NCBI GenBank assembly: GCA_036172245.1
Contig: JAYWIR010000030.1
Location: forward strand, 124,001-188,000
DNA from: Raillietiella orientalis
Taxonomy: Eukaryota
Length of the DNA: 64,000 bases
Direction: 5' to 3'
Below are positions 1 to 13,600 of the stretch, one piece after another. The translations under genes and the position numbers were made by a program. The notes below the pieces were generated by a model that saw only the letters and a program-made list of their open reading frames with translations, had not been told where the DNA came from and did no database searches. Positions within the stretch are counted from its first letter, which is position 1, and the number at the start of each line of letters is the position of its first letter.

Positions 1-3000
1 AGTCCTCCCATTATAGGACAACATTGTGGAAGCACCGTCTGACGTCCTGTCCACCCTCCCCCCCACCCCCCACCCACCCAGCGCGCGTGCGGCGCCAACC
101 TTCGTGAGGCCGTCTCTAAGAGGCAGACGACTCTTGAGCATCGTAGCGAACCCAGAGAAGCATCCTCGGCCAGCAGCAGCGATCTTCTCGTGAGAATGTC
201 TTCTAGAAAGAAAGAAAGAAAGAGAAACTTCCCGAGTCCCGCCCTTGGATACAGACGAAACCGTACTGGAACAATCCACTTCCAAGTTCATTCCCCGCGT
301 GCTGCTTATTCCCAAGGATGTGGCAGCTTCCAGTATTCAATTCTGGAATCCGTGTCGACCCTCGTCGCTCTGCGTTCGGCACTGACTCGACTATTGCGCG
401 TCCGCTGGTGCTGTTGCTTCCGGCTCCACGTTTCGGCCGATTCCCAGCGGTGCATAGATGGTGCCCGACCGGGAGCGCAAATGGAAAATTCAGGACCAGG
501 AATAATAGTCGCCCTTTCGGTCTCCTGCCTTCCTCGACAGTCGGGCCACCCCGCCTTCTTCTTCAGAGCATTGTGTCTAGCATCTGGTTGCCATTCTGCC
601 GCGACCCACCAGGCAGGTGACTGCCTGGTGGGTCCTCGCAACTACGGATGATCGCTAAGTGGGGAAGAAGTTCCATCTAGTGTGTTGCATATCAGGGGAG
701 ATCACATTCAGATCCTCCTGGTGTCGTCTTGAGAAACACGGCCCTTGGGTTGAATGCCCACTTTCGCAGGGCTCCTCCGGCACCGAAGAACGAAACGCGG
801 CCGGAGGTCAAACGCGTGGCGGCGGCGAGGCGCACGCCCAGCCTCCGGGGCTCAGCTCTTTGCAGCGACGGTGTGGCGTCCTCCCCTCCTACCGCCAAGA
901 TCTGAGGGGAAAAGTGCCCGCCCGCCCGTTTCCGTCCATCCAAGGGCGAAAACCGCCTGTGCCGTCGCTTTTCCCGCAGATGGGGAGGGAAGCCGAACTT
1001 CTCCGTTCGTCCCAACTCATTGGCGATCTGAACCTGCCCCAATTTCCTCAGGAAACCTGGGGTGCAAGGGAGGAGGGCAGGTGACTCCCGAGCACGCCTA
1101 GGGCGGTTTCTTGTTTTCGACCGAGGAAGAGACAATCTCGCCTTCCTGTCTGGAACGATCCGAGCACTGGGCCCCGGTCCGAGTCTCCGTAGCAGCTGCC
1201 TTGAAAGGCGCCTCCGGAACGAACGGGAGATTTCCAAAACCGCAGCGAAGAGAGGCTGTGGGGGGAAACCCATCCGAGCTCGTAGACCAATCTTGTCACG
1301 CGTAGCGCCTCGCGAGGTGGACTTCAGGATCCTAGCGAAGGATCGAACAGGGTCAGAGGCGAGACCTGAGTCTGGAAGACTACTGAGAGAGAAGCCGCTC
1401 CAGGAGTTGCCGTGGGAGTTCCGACCCTTGCCCAGGGACTTGGGACTCGCGAAGCGGAACGAGAAGTCGGTCGTGGTCCACTGTGCTGCCAGCCGCGTTT
1501 CCCTGACTCGCTCTGGACGTCTCCAGCTCCCTCTGGTGCCTCGTGTGCGTGTCGCTACGCCTTCCTTCCGTGCCTCCCAGGGGTCCCGCAGTCGGAAGCC
1601 AGAACTTTCCGTCCCCTTAAAGAAGGAAACCTCCATCTTCGTGCGCTCTGACCGCACAGATTTTGATCTGCTAGATCCGCCATTGCGATCGCTTCTTGGC
1701 CTCTTGCCTAAGATCAAAGTGCGTCCAAAAAGGGCAGTGATGGCAGGAGACCGTCCCCGTCGGTACCATGATGGTGGGAGGAGATTTGAACCTCGGAGCC
1801 AACGCCATCTCTGGTCGAAGATGGGAAGCGGGGAAAAGGTGGCTGAATGAAAGGTTGTAGGAAGCAGCAGACCGTCCTGAGAGAAGCACCTAAGCAAGGA
1901 CCGGTTTGTGCTCTCTTGGTTTCGACTGCGGGCCGGGGTCCAGGGACCTCGAACTCTTCCAGCAGGACGGCCCGACGTTTTCTGCAACTCTTCGTTCGCG
2001 TGGGAGGAGGTGAATGTCAACGCGGATGACCTCATCGTGTGGAAAAAGCCTTGAACCCATGAAGACGTCAGAGAAGGCTCTGCATCGCTTCCGCATCCTT
2101 CTGGAAGGACGTGGGCCATCGCCGTCGGATCCATTTCGAAAATAGGAGGCTTCCTGTTTTCGAATTACCAGGAAGACGGCCACCGTCCTCGCTAAAAGGA
2201 GGTGGACCATGAGGGAGGTCCAAGCGGAGATGGCCGCAGGTGGTTGATACGCAGAGGCAACTGCTCTGGTGACCACGGAAAGAGCGGGGCGAGCTGCCCC
2301 GAAAGTGACCTACCGGTTGCGTCTGGCCTTGGGGGGAAACGTGAAACGGAAGCTCGAGGCGGACCGATTTCGAGCGGTCTACCCTAGGCGACCATCAGGG
2401 CAGGGTCAGAGGGGAAGCAGGACGCGACCTGGCACCGCAAATGGACTCCAGAACGAGGCGCAGAGTGGCTCCTGGAGAGGGTGGAAACGACGCACAAATG
2501 CCAACGCCACTTCCGGAGAAGGCACGGTGGAACAGAACTAAAGAGGAGCAGTATCCCAGAAGCGCTCTGCCGACGGACCCTACCAGAAGCGTGGAAGCCT
2601 TCCCCTTCACGAAAGAGCGCGGCCAATCCACACGGATGGGTAGCGTCGACGGGACCCTCCTCAAGCTCGCAGAATTGTGCCCTCCGTCCATCTTTCTTTC
2701 CCCGGGGCTGCATGCGACGGGTGAACCCGCGAAGAACTAGCGAAACGAAGCACGCATCACTCTCACTTTCCTCAGCATCCGTCGAGGCCGGTGCGGACCG
2801 CTTCCGCTGGCGCTCGTGGTCCGCAGAAGGGAAACGACGTCGTTCCTGCCGCTGCTCCTCTTGAGTTTCTCAAGAGTTCACCTCGTGGACCCCTTCCCGC
2901 TCCCTGCATGCTCGGACGTTGTCTTCTCTCCTTAAAGAGTCCTTGTAGGATATCTCGGGTGTTGCGTGGTTGGCCTCTCCGTCAGCTTCGCTTTTCTGGC

Positions 3001-4637
3001 GGCGACGCTCCTCGGGAAGAACGCGACGATGCTCGCACTGTGGGGTTGTAGTGAGAAGCACCTTTATCCCCTTGAAGCAGCCATCGAAGGATCTCTGGTT
3101 TGGATCGATCCTGGAGCCTGGTAGACTGCCGTATCACTTTCCAATACTGGACAGGGGCGCGGCAGGTGTAAAGGTGGAGGTTGTCTTCTATCGACACATG
3201 AGTAGAGCACCGGTCGCCATCGGGGTGACCGGTACAGTGTCGGAGCCTCGTGTCGCACAGAATGCCTCCGTGGTAGAACGGGCAGTCCTTTGCTCTCTGT
3301 CTTTCCATTGCAAGGCGTTTGAAGATCACAGGAATTTCCTGTGAGAGATGGAAGATCGATCCCGTTGGTAACGGATAGCTGTGCAACGCGGGAGTGCTGT
3401 TTTTTGCCTTTGCGAGTTTTCACCTGTTCACCGCTGCTTTTCGTGCAGAGGAGACCAGCGCCATCTACAAGGCGCGTCACGAAGCAGCGTGGTGCGGGCA
3501 ACGCTCGTTCGAAGGGGATCCAGTCCGCGCTTTCAGAGGGATGCAGTGGACGCAGACTGGGCGCTCCTCGGATGGAGAGAGAATAGGGCACCCCGCTGCC
3601 GTCCCCGGGTTGTCACTCGGCGTCAAGAGCGTCCCGTTTTCCCAGTGCCCATCGTGGATCAGCGCGCTCGCGGAGCCCGTCTCCGCGAACTCGCAAGAGA
3701 TGCGTGCACACTTCTTGCGGTGGACAGCGCCCACTCGTTCGCAACGCCTCCCTCCCTCCCCACGTGCCGAACCGATTTCCCGCGGTCCGCCCTCTCCATC
3801 TCCTCGGGCTTTTCCAGCTTCCCCTGATCTGGGGAAACCGCGCATTCGTTCTCGTGGCTCGCTTCGGGCGTTCACCGAAGCAGTTTTCTTGGCGAAAGGG
3901 GCGGATGGGGAGGAAGGGGAGGTGTGGAGGTTCTTGGTGAGGCATCGCCCACTCGACGTCTGATATCCGTCTCTGCAACTGGCTTGATCCTGGAAGGCTA
4001 GCTGCACTACCACGGTCCCATCGGTTTGAAGAGACGGGATTGCCATGGAGGCCCATGGAGGTTGTGCTTACGAGTTCGGTTGACAGCGCTTCTCCTGGAT
4101 GCTGCTGCCGATTCTGCTCTTGTGGCATCTCCGAGCTCGTCCTGCGACCGAAGAGTCACAGCCTCTGCGCAAGAACGCGGCGGAATTTTGCCGAAGGTGG
4201 ACTGCGCGCCGGCCAAGATGGTCGACGACGAGCCCCGTGGTTTGTGGGTGAGGGGGGAAGGGGGGGCAGCAAAAGAGGGAAGGAGATGTCGGGCTCCTTT
4301 CGTGGTCTCGTCACTGGGCGAATTGCCGCTGACAACATCCCGATGATCTTCTCCAAAGGGGTCTGCGCGCTCGGTCATCGAGAAGACGTTGTTGCTGACT
4401 GTGCTGGACGCTCGGCGACCACCACCCACATCTCTGCTTCACGCTCGATTCGAACGTGCGGCTGGTGCGCCTCTGGCGATTCCATGGCACCGTCGTACTT
4501 CCTGGTCTTGCGGCCACGGGGGCGTCTCCAAGCACGCGAGCGTTTCCCGGGACTCCCTCCGTACTGAGCGGATCCTCCCTTCGTCGCGTTCGCTTGCAAT
4601 CTCATCGGGCCTCATTTTTTCCTCTATTCTTTTCCAG

Positions 4638-7600
4638 GACCTAACGGACGATTTGGTCTTCTTGAAGGAGAGGAAGAAGGAGCTGAGGGACAAGGAGCTC
4701 ATCCTGGAAGGACTGAACACGAACTACCGGGACGAATACGTGCTGAAGAGCCACCAGCACGCGCGCCACCTCGAGGGCGCGACCTCCAAGCTGTTCCAGT
4801 GAGTTCCGAGGGCCAGGAAGAGCTCCCACCCCACCCCTACTCCGCGCCTCCCAAGGGATCTGTTCCACGCCCGGAGCTTCGCCGAGCGCCACGTGCACGC
4901 TGCCACAGTGTACGGCGACATCCAGAGAATGGTGTCCGATGCCCACCAGTCCGCGAAGGATGCCTCCGCGGTCCTCAGGGATCGCGGCAAAAAGGTACTT
5001 CCGGCCCCTTCCGCGGGCTCTGTCGACCGCGCTCACCACCGGGTGTCCTTGCAGCTGGACCTCCGGACATCGCCGGTCGACCGCATACGGGAAGCCCTGG
5101 GGGTCCACAAGTCCGCGCTGAAGGCAGCCTACGAGCTCAGCTTCGACCACCTGGGCGTGTCGGAGGAGCTCCGGCGCCACCAGGACAGACTCCTACTGCT
5201 GGAGAACCTCGCCGAGAAGGTGGCGGAAAGGAACCGGGAGCTCTCTGAGCAGCTGCTGTCTCCGCTTCCGGGAGCAGGTTGGTGTCCCGACCCCGCAACC
5301 TCCGCCCCCTACCTGCCCCGCGTGGCGCTCCTAGGGACCGTCACCGAGAAGCAGGGGAGGAGCGTCCTGGAGAGGGTCGACAGCACCTCCCGCTCGATCG
5401 AGAGAAGCAGGAGCGACGCGGCCGGCCTTCTGAAGGCCGTCAGGAGCGTGCAGAGCAGGCTAGACATGGACGCCCTGGGCAGGATGGTCAACGAGGTGCT
5501 GAAAGCGAGTAAGCGTCGACTATTGCCCGACTGTCTCGCGGGAGGGGGGCGAGCACACTCCCGAATCAGTTGGACGGAGACCTTTTCTCCCGATGAGAGC
5601 AGACCCACGAAGGAGCCAGAATGCGCCGGGTCGTTCCTTGACCCCACCGGCGGGTTCGTCTCGTCCTCCTCGTCGTTCCCGTCGCCGGGGCAAGGATGAG
5701 CCGCCACCGGACCGCGGATGTGGCCCCTTCACCCTAGCCGAAGGAGCGACCGTTCCGCGTCTGAGCCAACGGCCGGCCGAGAGAGGCGCCGTCTTACCGC
5801 CGTAGGGACCGCGTCTGAGCCGAACGGGGGAAGGTCCGTCCACGATCCGCGTCCTCGGATTCCCCTCTGTGGCGGTGATCACGGGGAGAGGAGTCTGGGT
5901 AGGGGCGACCAGGTGCACTCGGGAACGGAGGAGAAGGAGGGGAGAGAACCTCGGAGTTCCGAACGGAGGAGGTCCGGGGGAGGTCTCCTCCTCTCCCGAC
6001 GAGCCCTCGGGGCAAAAGTGCAGCCACTAGCCCCGCGGACAGCACATGGGATGCCTCTTCCCTCCCCTAAACTTCCGGTCCCCCCGGAAACGTCGCAGGG
6101 GTCGGAACCGCCCCTCCCCCTTCGTCGTCCGGAGCTTCTCTCAGAAGACGTGCCTTCCTCCGTGGGATCTCTTCTGCACTCCCCCTCCCATCCCCACGAA
6201 GGTGTCGCTTCTGGTCTTCCGAAGGAGCTGCGTGTGAAGGCTCTATCGGCTGGCTGCAAGGTGTCCCCCTCGCGTTCAGAGGAGGGCCACGGACCATTCA
6301 CGGCTGTCCTCTTCTCCCGGATGAGCACGGGCGCTACTCTGCCCTCCCAAAAGGATGGAGGCGACTCCCGAAACCGGGTGGCCAGGAATCCCTCTTCCTG
6401 CCTTGAGGATGCGGGTCCTCGGTCTCCCGCCTGAGAGCAGTTCGCGGCCGCCCTGGAAGACGTCTCCCTGCGAACTGGACCCGCAGTCCCCCAGGGGGCC
6501 GCCCTGACTGCTGCGTGAAGGGAAATTCGAATGATTCTCTCTCGGCTCGGTAGCGAGGCTTCCAAAAAGAGAGGTAGCTCCCAGACTCCTCGCGGTTCCC
6601 CTCCTTTCCTAGAGTTTTTCCCTTCTCCGGGAGGAGCAACAGATCCTGCTCGAAGTGCACGTCCTTTGGGAGGGTCCCAACGAAGAGGGGGATGAGCAGA
6701 AGATCGGCTCGCTCCAAGGTGGCAGCCGGACGTGGCCCCCCTTTCTCCTGCAACCTATGAGCCTTCCGACTCCCTGGGTCGGTCAGCTGCACGCGGCCTC
6801 CGAAGAGGCGATCAACTGCGCTCTGAGGATGCTGCAGCTGGCAGCATCCTCGACACGCACGAAGAGTTCCTCTGGTGAGAGGGAGAAAGGAGGGAAGGGT
6901 GCTTCCCGGCGAATCCCGGAGGGCTTCGTGGGGCGCTAGCAGATGGCAGAGAGCTCGAGCACCGGGGTGGTCCAGGGATGATCCGGTGTTCCGATGAGCG
7001 GCACCGGAAGGCGCTGCGGGCTGAAGGTGGAGGAGCAAGCAGGAAAGGGGAGGCACCATCGGGTAGACGCACTAGGAGGGACCCGAAGAGACAAACTCCC
7101 CTGAGGCGATAAAGACACCGTCCGGGAGAGAGGAGCTTTCGTAGGGAGGGATGGGAGATGCTCTCCCTGACTGGAGCTTACGGATGCTGAGGGCAGGGTG
7201 CAAAGGGGAAGCAGGGAAATTCGCTTCAGGAAGGAGGAGGTAGGTGACCCTGTCTTACGAGATGACCTTCCTCGGCTGGCTCCAGTCAGAGCTTCGCTCC
7301 AGCGCGCGTGACCTCCCGAAGCGAACAGTCGACGGGAAACGCGGCATCGCGACCCGTAAGGAAAGCTGCACATGCTGCGCTGGACCAGCGCCTCTGCGGA
7401 GGAGGGTTCAGCGTGAGAACAGGGGAGCGCTTACCTCAAGCCGAAGATGGGGGTGCGAAGACACGGAAAGTGGGGAGGTCTGCCTGGAAATCGTAGGGAA
7501 GAAGATGCTGATGCGAATGCGCATCCCGTGGGTTCTGGGGAAGGAGGGAGAAAAAGAGGTACGGAGATGTCGCCATGAGAAGGGCAAAGAGATGTGAGGG

Positions 7601-10600
7601 GTGTTGTGGTGATGGAGGATGGGGAAGAATCGGGTCCAGAGATGCGGGACGGATGGGGAGGAAGACGCAGACGACGGAAATGAGTGTGGAGAGAGTCCTC
7701 GATAGTTCAGGAAGGGTGAAAAGTGGGACGCTGAAAAATATGATCGCGTCTACCGGATCGCTCCCGCATCAAGTGCACGCGAGTAGCCTGGGGGAGCAAA
7801 GGCGAACGCTCCTGACCCACCGCCCCCAGGCGGGCGGCGGGATTACAGCGAAGAAGCCGGGACGGCTTCCCCGGAGACATCTCCCTGGCGCCCTACGAGC
7901 CGCCCACCATCCCGTGCTCTTCCTGCCTTGTAGCTTCGGCCACCATCCTTAAGCACCGGTCATCGTTCCGCATGGAGGAGAAGATGTGGACCACCTTCCG
8001 GAAGGTGGCTGAGACGGGAAACAGTGTCCGGCACAGGATAGACGCCATCAGGAAGAAGATCATGGGGATAAGGCACGTGGTCAGCAGCGTAAGTTGATGG
8101 CTCACCATCCCCGAATTTCGCCCTCGTCGCGTCCCGCCACCAGATCCACCTGTCCCTGAGGGGCAGAGGCGGGGACTGCCAGCGCACTTACCACGTGGAC
8201 ATGCATCCGTCGACCTTGTCGAGGGTCCACGCGACCTTCAGCATCTCGGACGAGGAGGCAGAAGACAGCCTCATCGCCTACCTCCCCAGCGGCCCGAATG
8301 TAATCCGGAGCGAGGGGGGGCGCGGTAGACTTCCCGGCTGCACTTCTTTGCTTTTCCCAGGTCTCCGACTTCCTGGCCGTGGAAATGGTTGACCGCAAGA
8401 TCAGGTTCCTGTGGAACAATGGGGGCGGAGCGCACCTCATCACCCATCCGAGACGGATAGCGACCTCGGGGAGCCCGGGGAAGGAAGGCGGCGGCGCCTG
8501 GCACACGATCAAAGCGGAGAGGTAACTTGGCAACGCCTCGCGCCGAGTCAGTTGATCTGGAGTTAAGCCTGGCAGAATTGGGAACATCGGCCGTCTCCTC
8601 GTGCGCCCGTCCTCGGACGTGGAGAGCGAGGACGACTACGTGGAAGGCGCGAGCGCTTCCGGGTACAACGTGCTGGACGTCCCACAGGTCGCGAGGCTTT
8701 TCGTGGGCGTCGTTCCTGCGCGCGAGCTCGTTCTCCCCTCGTCCCTGAGGGCGAGGGCCTTTATGGGCTGCCTCGCGGAGCTCCTGATTGACGACCAGCG
8801 GGTGGACCTGTGGAACTTCAGGGAGAGCAGGGGCTGCACCTCCTGCGTGGAGAGGTGAGGTCGCGCACGCGGAAGACGGGGGAGGGGTAGTGGTCCCGAC
8901 TTCGTGACCACAAAAAAACCCTCCTTCTCGTCTGCTTGAAGGACCGTCCTCACCGAAGCAGATTCCCTGTTCACCTTCGGCGGCACGGGGTACTCCCAGC
9001 TGCCGCAGATCCCCGTGTACGACAACAGCAGATACGGCGCGACCTTGAGGTTCAAGACGTTCGACGAGTCCGCCCTTCTCTTCCTCAGCGTCAACGAAAA
9101 AACCGTAGGGGCGCCGGAGCCCGCGCCGGGAAACCTTCCCCTTCCCCTCCCGTCTCCGTTGCAGAGGCAGTTCGTGTCCTTGGAGATGGCGAGCGGCAAA
9201 GTGGTCTTCCAGGTCGGGATGAGCGACGAGTCCCGGCTGAAGCTCTCAACCAAAGGCAAGTACAACACCGGGAAGTGGGTCAGCCTGTCGGCGAACCGGA
9301 TGCACATGAACGGCGAAGAGCAAGGTCGAGCCTTCGGGGCAAAGGAGAGCGGGGGACTGACGAGGGAGGGGGATGCGCGTTCATTCCGCAGCCCACCTGC
9401 GAGTGGACGGCGAGGAGGTCGTGTCGGCGAAGAGCGCGCGCGCCTCCATCGAGTTCGGCGAGGACGACTTCGTCTATTTCGGCGGCGTCCCCGGGACGTT
9501 CGACGCGTCCGCTCTCCCGAACGTTTCCCTCCGACCTTTCCGGGGATGCGTGTCGCAGCCTCAGATCATGCAGCTGAACCAGGATCTCACGCAGGGCTTG
9601 CACTATCGGGTGGAGTCGGAGTGCCGGTACCAGGTGAGAGGCCGCTCGTAGAGCCACCACTGACCCCCGAAAGCAGAAAATCCTGAGAGCCGGGTTCTCC
9701 GGGGAAGGATACCTAGAGCTGCCTCCCTATTCCCGCCAGAAAGAGTTCAGCATGGGCTTCGGCTTCCGTTCCAGCCAGAACGACTCGTGCCTCCTGCTGT
9801 CCCTGTTCCTCGACAAGGTCTCTACCCCTTTCCCGCCCCCCTCCTCACCGCACTGAGACCTCCCCCACCTCGTCCCTCAGGACTCCTCGACGAGGGGCTT
9901 CTACAGCATCCGGCTTCGAGGCGGGAAGGTGTGCGTCCATGTGGAGATGGGCGCCGCCAAGGTGCTGCTCTCCTCGACGCGCGCCTACAACGACGACCAC
10001 TTCCACAACGTTCTCGTCGTCATCGAGGGGAAAAGGTGGCCAGTCCGGGAGGGGAGGAAGGGGTGGTGGGGGCAGTGGAGAGGAAAGAACGATTCCGCAG
10101 GATCCTCCTTGCGGTGGACGACTCGGAGACGGAGGCGCAGAAGCTGCCCAAGAGCCTCGTGGACATGATCTTTGGGCAGGAGCACAGGCTCTTCCTGGGA
10201 GGCGTCCCCCCAGAGCCAGCGATCGGGAAGCAGTTCCACTCGATGGCCCCCTTCAGGGGCTGCATCGAGGATCTCATCTTCGACAGCAGGTACTCGTTCT
10301 GGAAGCTACCTGGGAGAAACTCACGGGATCGAAATCTCTCCGCCCTCCTCTCCTCCTTCCTTCCTCCTCTTTCCCTCCCAAGGATCTTCTTCTTCGACGA
10401 CCTTCTCCAGTTCGACAAAGTCTCTATCGGACGGTGCGAGTCGCAGGAACCCTTCCCGTGGAGGAACCACCCGGTCATGGACGACGGGAAGAGCAGCGGC
10501 TGCGAGCAGAGCTCCTCCTCTTCCCCGGCAGCGGTGGACCACGACGCCGCGAAGGTCGGGGACGACAGGAAGTTTGCGATAACCGTCGAGCTTCCCGGAA

Positions 10601-13600
10601 ACGTCTCCACCTATCTGACCTCGATGTCCCTCGAGATACGGACCTATAGCTCCCGGGGACAGATCCTGACCGTTCCGGCCCGCAAAGTCCGAAGCCACCA
10701 CCACCACTCCCTGGGCGCGGACGCCGCCCCCCACACACAGGAGGACGGCGCAGAAGCGAAGAACGCGATAGCCTTCTCGGTGAAGGAGGGGTTCCTGCAG
10801 GTCCATTTCCTGTCCCGGAAATTCCGATCGAAAGTGAAAGTGAATGATGGCCAGTGGCACAAGGTAGGATCCACCCTTCCCCCACCCCACTCCCGGATCA
10901 ACCACCTGCCGTGCAGATAGAGGTGCGGAAGCAGAGGAGAAAATATCACCTGAGGGTGGACCACGAGTCCCACTGGATACCGTGGGGGCCCGCGCGGCTG
11001 CGTGTCTCCAGCATCTGGCACATTGGATTCCACCAGCAGAGAAAGGTGGAACTTTGTCCTCCTTCCTTTCCCGGTCTGAGAACTTCGCGCCGCGGGTGCT
11101 CCGTGCGACACGGGAGCAGAGCACTGAGCTGGCTCTGGACGCGCAATCGTTGGCGCCGTTTCCGCGAGGAAGCGCCACACCCGGATAGAGGGGTGCTTCT
11201 CCAGGCAGGGGCCGAACTTGTCCCCGTGGTTCCTTCCCTCCGTGAGGTTCCGAAGAATTCTCGGCGCCTTGCAGGGATTCGAAACGCTGGCGCTCTTCTT
11301 CTGACAGCTCGGCGTGGCTGGTGCGCCGTCGGTCTGGTAGCGACCCGCTCACGTCTGGGCACGTGTTTTCCCGACGACATGGAGGAGGGAGCGGGTGTGT
11401 CCCAGCATTCCTCTCCTTCCTTGCTAGCCACCGCGCTCTCATAACGGGCAGCGCAGCAAACGCCCCCGAGCGGCCGCTGCGGCGCACCGATTCCTCCTGG
11501 TGAGGGCGCGGCGCAGCGCGACTCCACATTGCCGGCCGCTTTCCTCCCTCCTCCTCGACGCGTGCGCGCTCGACCGTGGGACCGCGGCTCATCCCATTGT
11601 GCAAGCAGTGCGAGGCGCCGCAGGGAGGGTGCGCTCGAGATGCGCGGCGCATTCCATCCCGCTACCGGAGGAGTCGGCAAGATCAAATCCGGCTTCCCGG
11701 CCGACGGTCGCGTGGGCGGTCAGCGAGGCATGGGCGCGCCCTCGTATACGGAGCGAAGGTATTCCTCGCTGGCGGGAAGGCGGCTGGGCTCCCAGTGTAG
11801 CAGCCATGCGCGACGGGGAAGACGCCTCTCCGTCAGGGAAGCCCGCGTCCTGCTGCTGCTTCGTGGACCTCTCTTCGAGAAGTGCCTGCAGTCCCCATGC
11901 CGCGCACGTCCCCTCCCCCCTCCGCCTTGCGTTTGGTGGACTCCGGCGCTGGTGCTGTCGGTCGCCACTCCAAGCCCAGGGCCGCCGCATCGCGCGTCTT
12001 TTGGCAGCCGTCCCTCCCCTCTCCTTGCAGTCGCCCCTCTGGGGGGAGGCACAGGCTGAACTCCTCGAGGGAAGTGCAGTGGAGTCTCGTGCTGAGGCCG
12101 CGCGTGGCAACAAGCGCCGCGGGTTCGAATTTAGCCAGGGGGCCAGTATCGACCCTCATGCGTTTCGAGTCCCCCCGCAAGACGACGACGCTGGTTGGCG
12201 GCGGAAACTGGGTGCCCCGTTGCCCCCCAGGATTGGAAGTGGACCCTCCTGGATGCTTCCAGGAATCGAGGAGCACCAGGATTTCCCTCCGGCCGTGAAA
12301 CTGGGGTCGCCCCCTCCCCTTGGGGGACCTTCCATCGCGCAGCATGGATCTGGTCGGTACCCCGCTCTGGGGGTTGTATCTCCAGACTGCCAGAAGAGCG
12401 CTGTTCCCTTCGGGGTTCTCTTCAGAGGAGAAAACAGGGAGAGGTTCCCTTGCGGGTTCCCCTTGGAGACAACCAGGGTGGGAGCTTCCTCGCAAGCGTG
12501 AGAGGGACGGAGTCCTTTCTCCGGAGCCTTTCCGGATCCCCATAGGGTGATCCCTCCCTTCCAGGGTACCCCCCCGCAGGGAGTCACTACACGCACCCTC
12601 GGTGGACAGTCCCGAAGAGCCTCGGCGAGGCATTGAAGTGTAGGTGACCCTCGGCATCCTCTGATAGCCTCCGGGAGGTGTCTTTTGCCTCAGGAGAGAT
12701 GCGGGAACGCCGTAGGAACCTTTCTGGTCGCTCGGGGTGACGCACGCGAGGCGGCTCGAGAGAAGCGACGTGCAGCTCCGCGAGGAAGAACAGGACTAAG
12801 CTTGCGTTCCCTCCCTCCAGACTGGGCCGCGGAAGCGAAACTCGTGCTGCGAGGCTCCTATCTGCGGGGGGGAGGGGGGGGCGATGCGCGACCCGAACGT
12901 TAGAGCAGCGCGTGCTCAGAACGGCAGTCGCTTTCCTCCGTGCGCCCCTCGGCACGCGTCGGAGGTAAGCGCCGGGCAGTGCCCGGTGGCGGGCGTCAAG
13001 CAGCGCGAGATTCGAACATCTCCAAAACTCCTCCGCTCCTCTCGAGCGACCCCCAGTGCTACCCGCCGATCCCGCAAAGGAATGCTCAGCGACGTGGGGC
13101 TGGCGCCGTGCACGAGAAGCCGGGACGTCCGAAAATCCCGGCTTGCCGAAGACGGTTGCATCCGGGAAGTTCTCCCCCCTTCCCTCCCCCTTCCTTGTCT
13201 GGCGGAACCGAAATACGAAAAACATGTCGGCTGCGCGCACCTCTGCGTCGACCGCTGCGCTGCCGCCTGGCGGTCCTTTCTAAAACCGAGCTGCCCGCCG
13301 TCTGCAAGCGAACGGCCCGCTCCGAAGAACACGGTGGGAGGCTCAGAGGCATCCTCCACCGGGGTCACCTCGCGGAAAACTCCTCAGTGGCACACATCTC
13401 ATGAACGGTCGCCTTTTCCCTCGTCGTTCCTTCCCGGGACTGAGCGCGGCCGGGATCCAACACTCTGGCGGTCCCGGAGGGAAGACTGGAGCTGTCGACA
13501 TCCTTACGGATGCGAAAGCTGCTCGGCAACGGCGACTGCGTGCGACCGGGAGCTGCGCTGCCACGCAGGCGATGGTTGGATCGGAGAGTATGTCATGCAC

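Noticed and set aside
692..2134. 480-aa - strand ORF as a functional stand-alone gene
   Set aside because: It is an Arg/Ser-rich ORF in GC-rich DNA, and the only recognisable motifs (Ds tail) switch frames within it.
5755..5827. Direct repeat CCGCGTCTGAGCC(G)AACGG twice with a ~36-nt spacer, CRISPR-like spacing
   Set aside because: Only two copies, eukaryotic context, no cas genes; probably a local duplication.
9310..9391. Possible GC-AG intron in laminin LG2
   Set aside because: A canonical same-phase GT donor (CAAG|GTCGAG, ~9325) is available.
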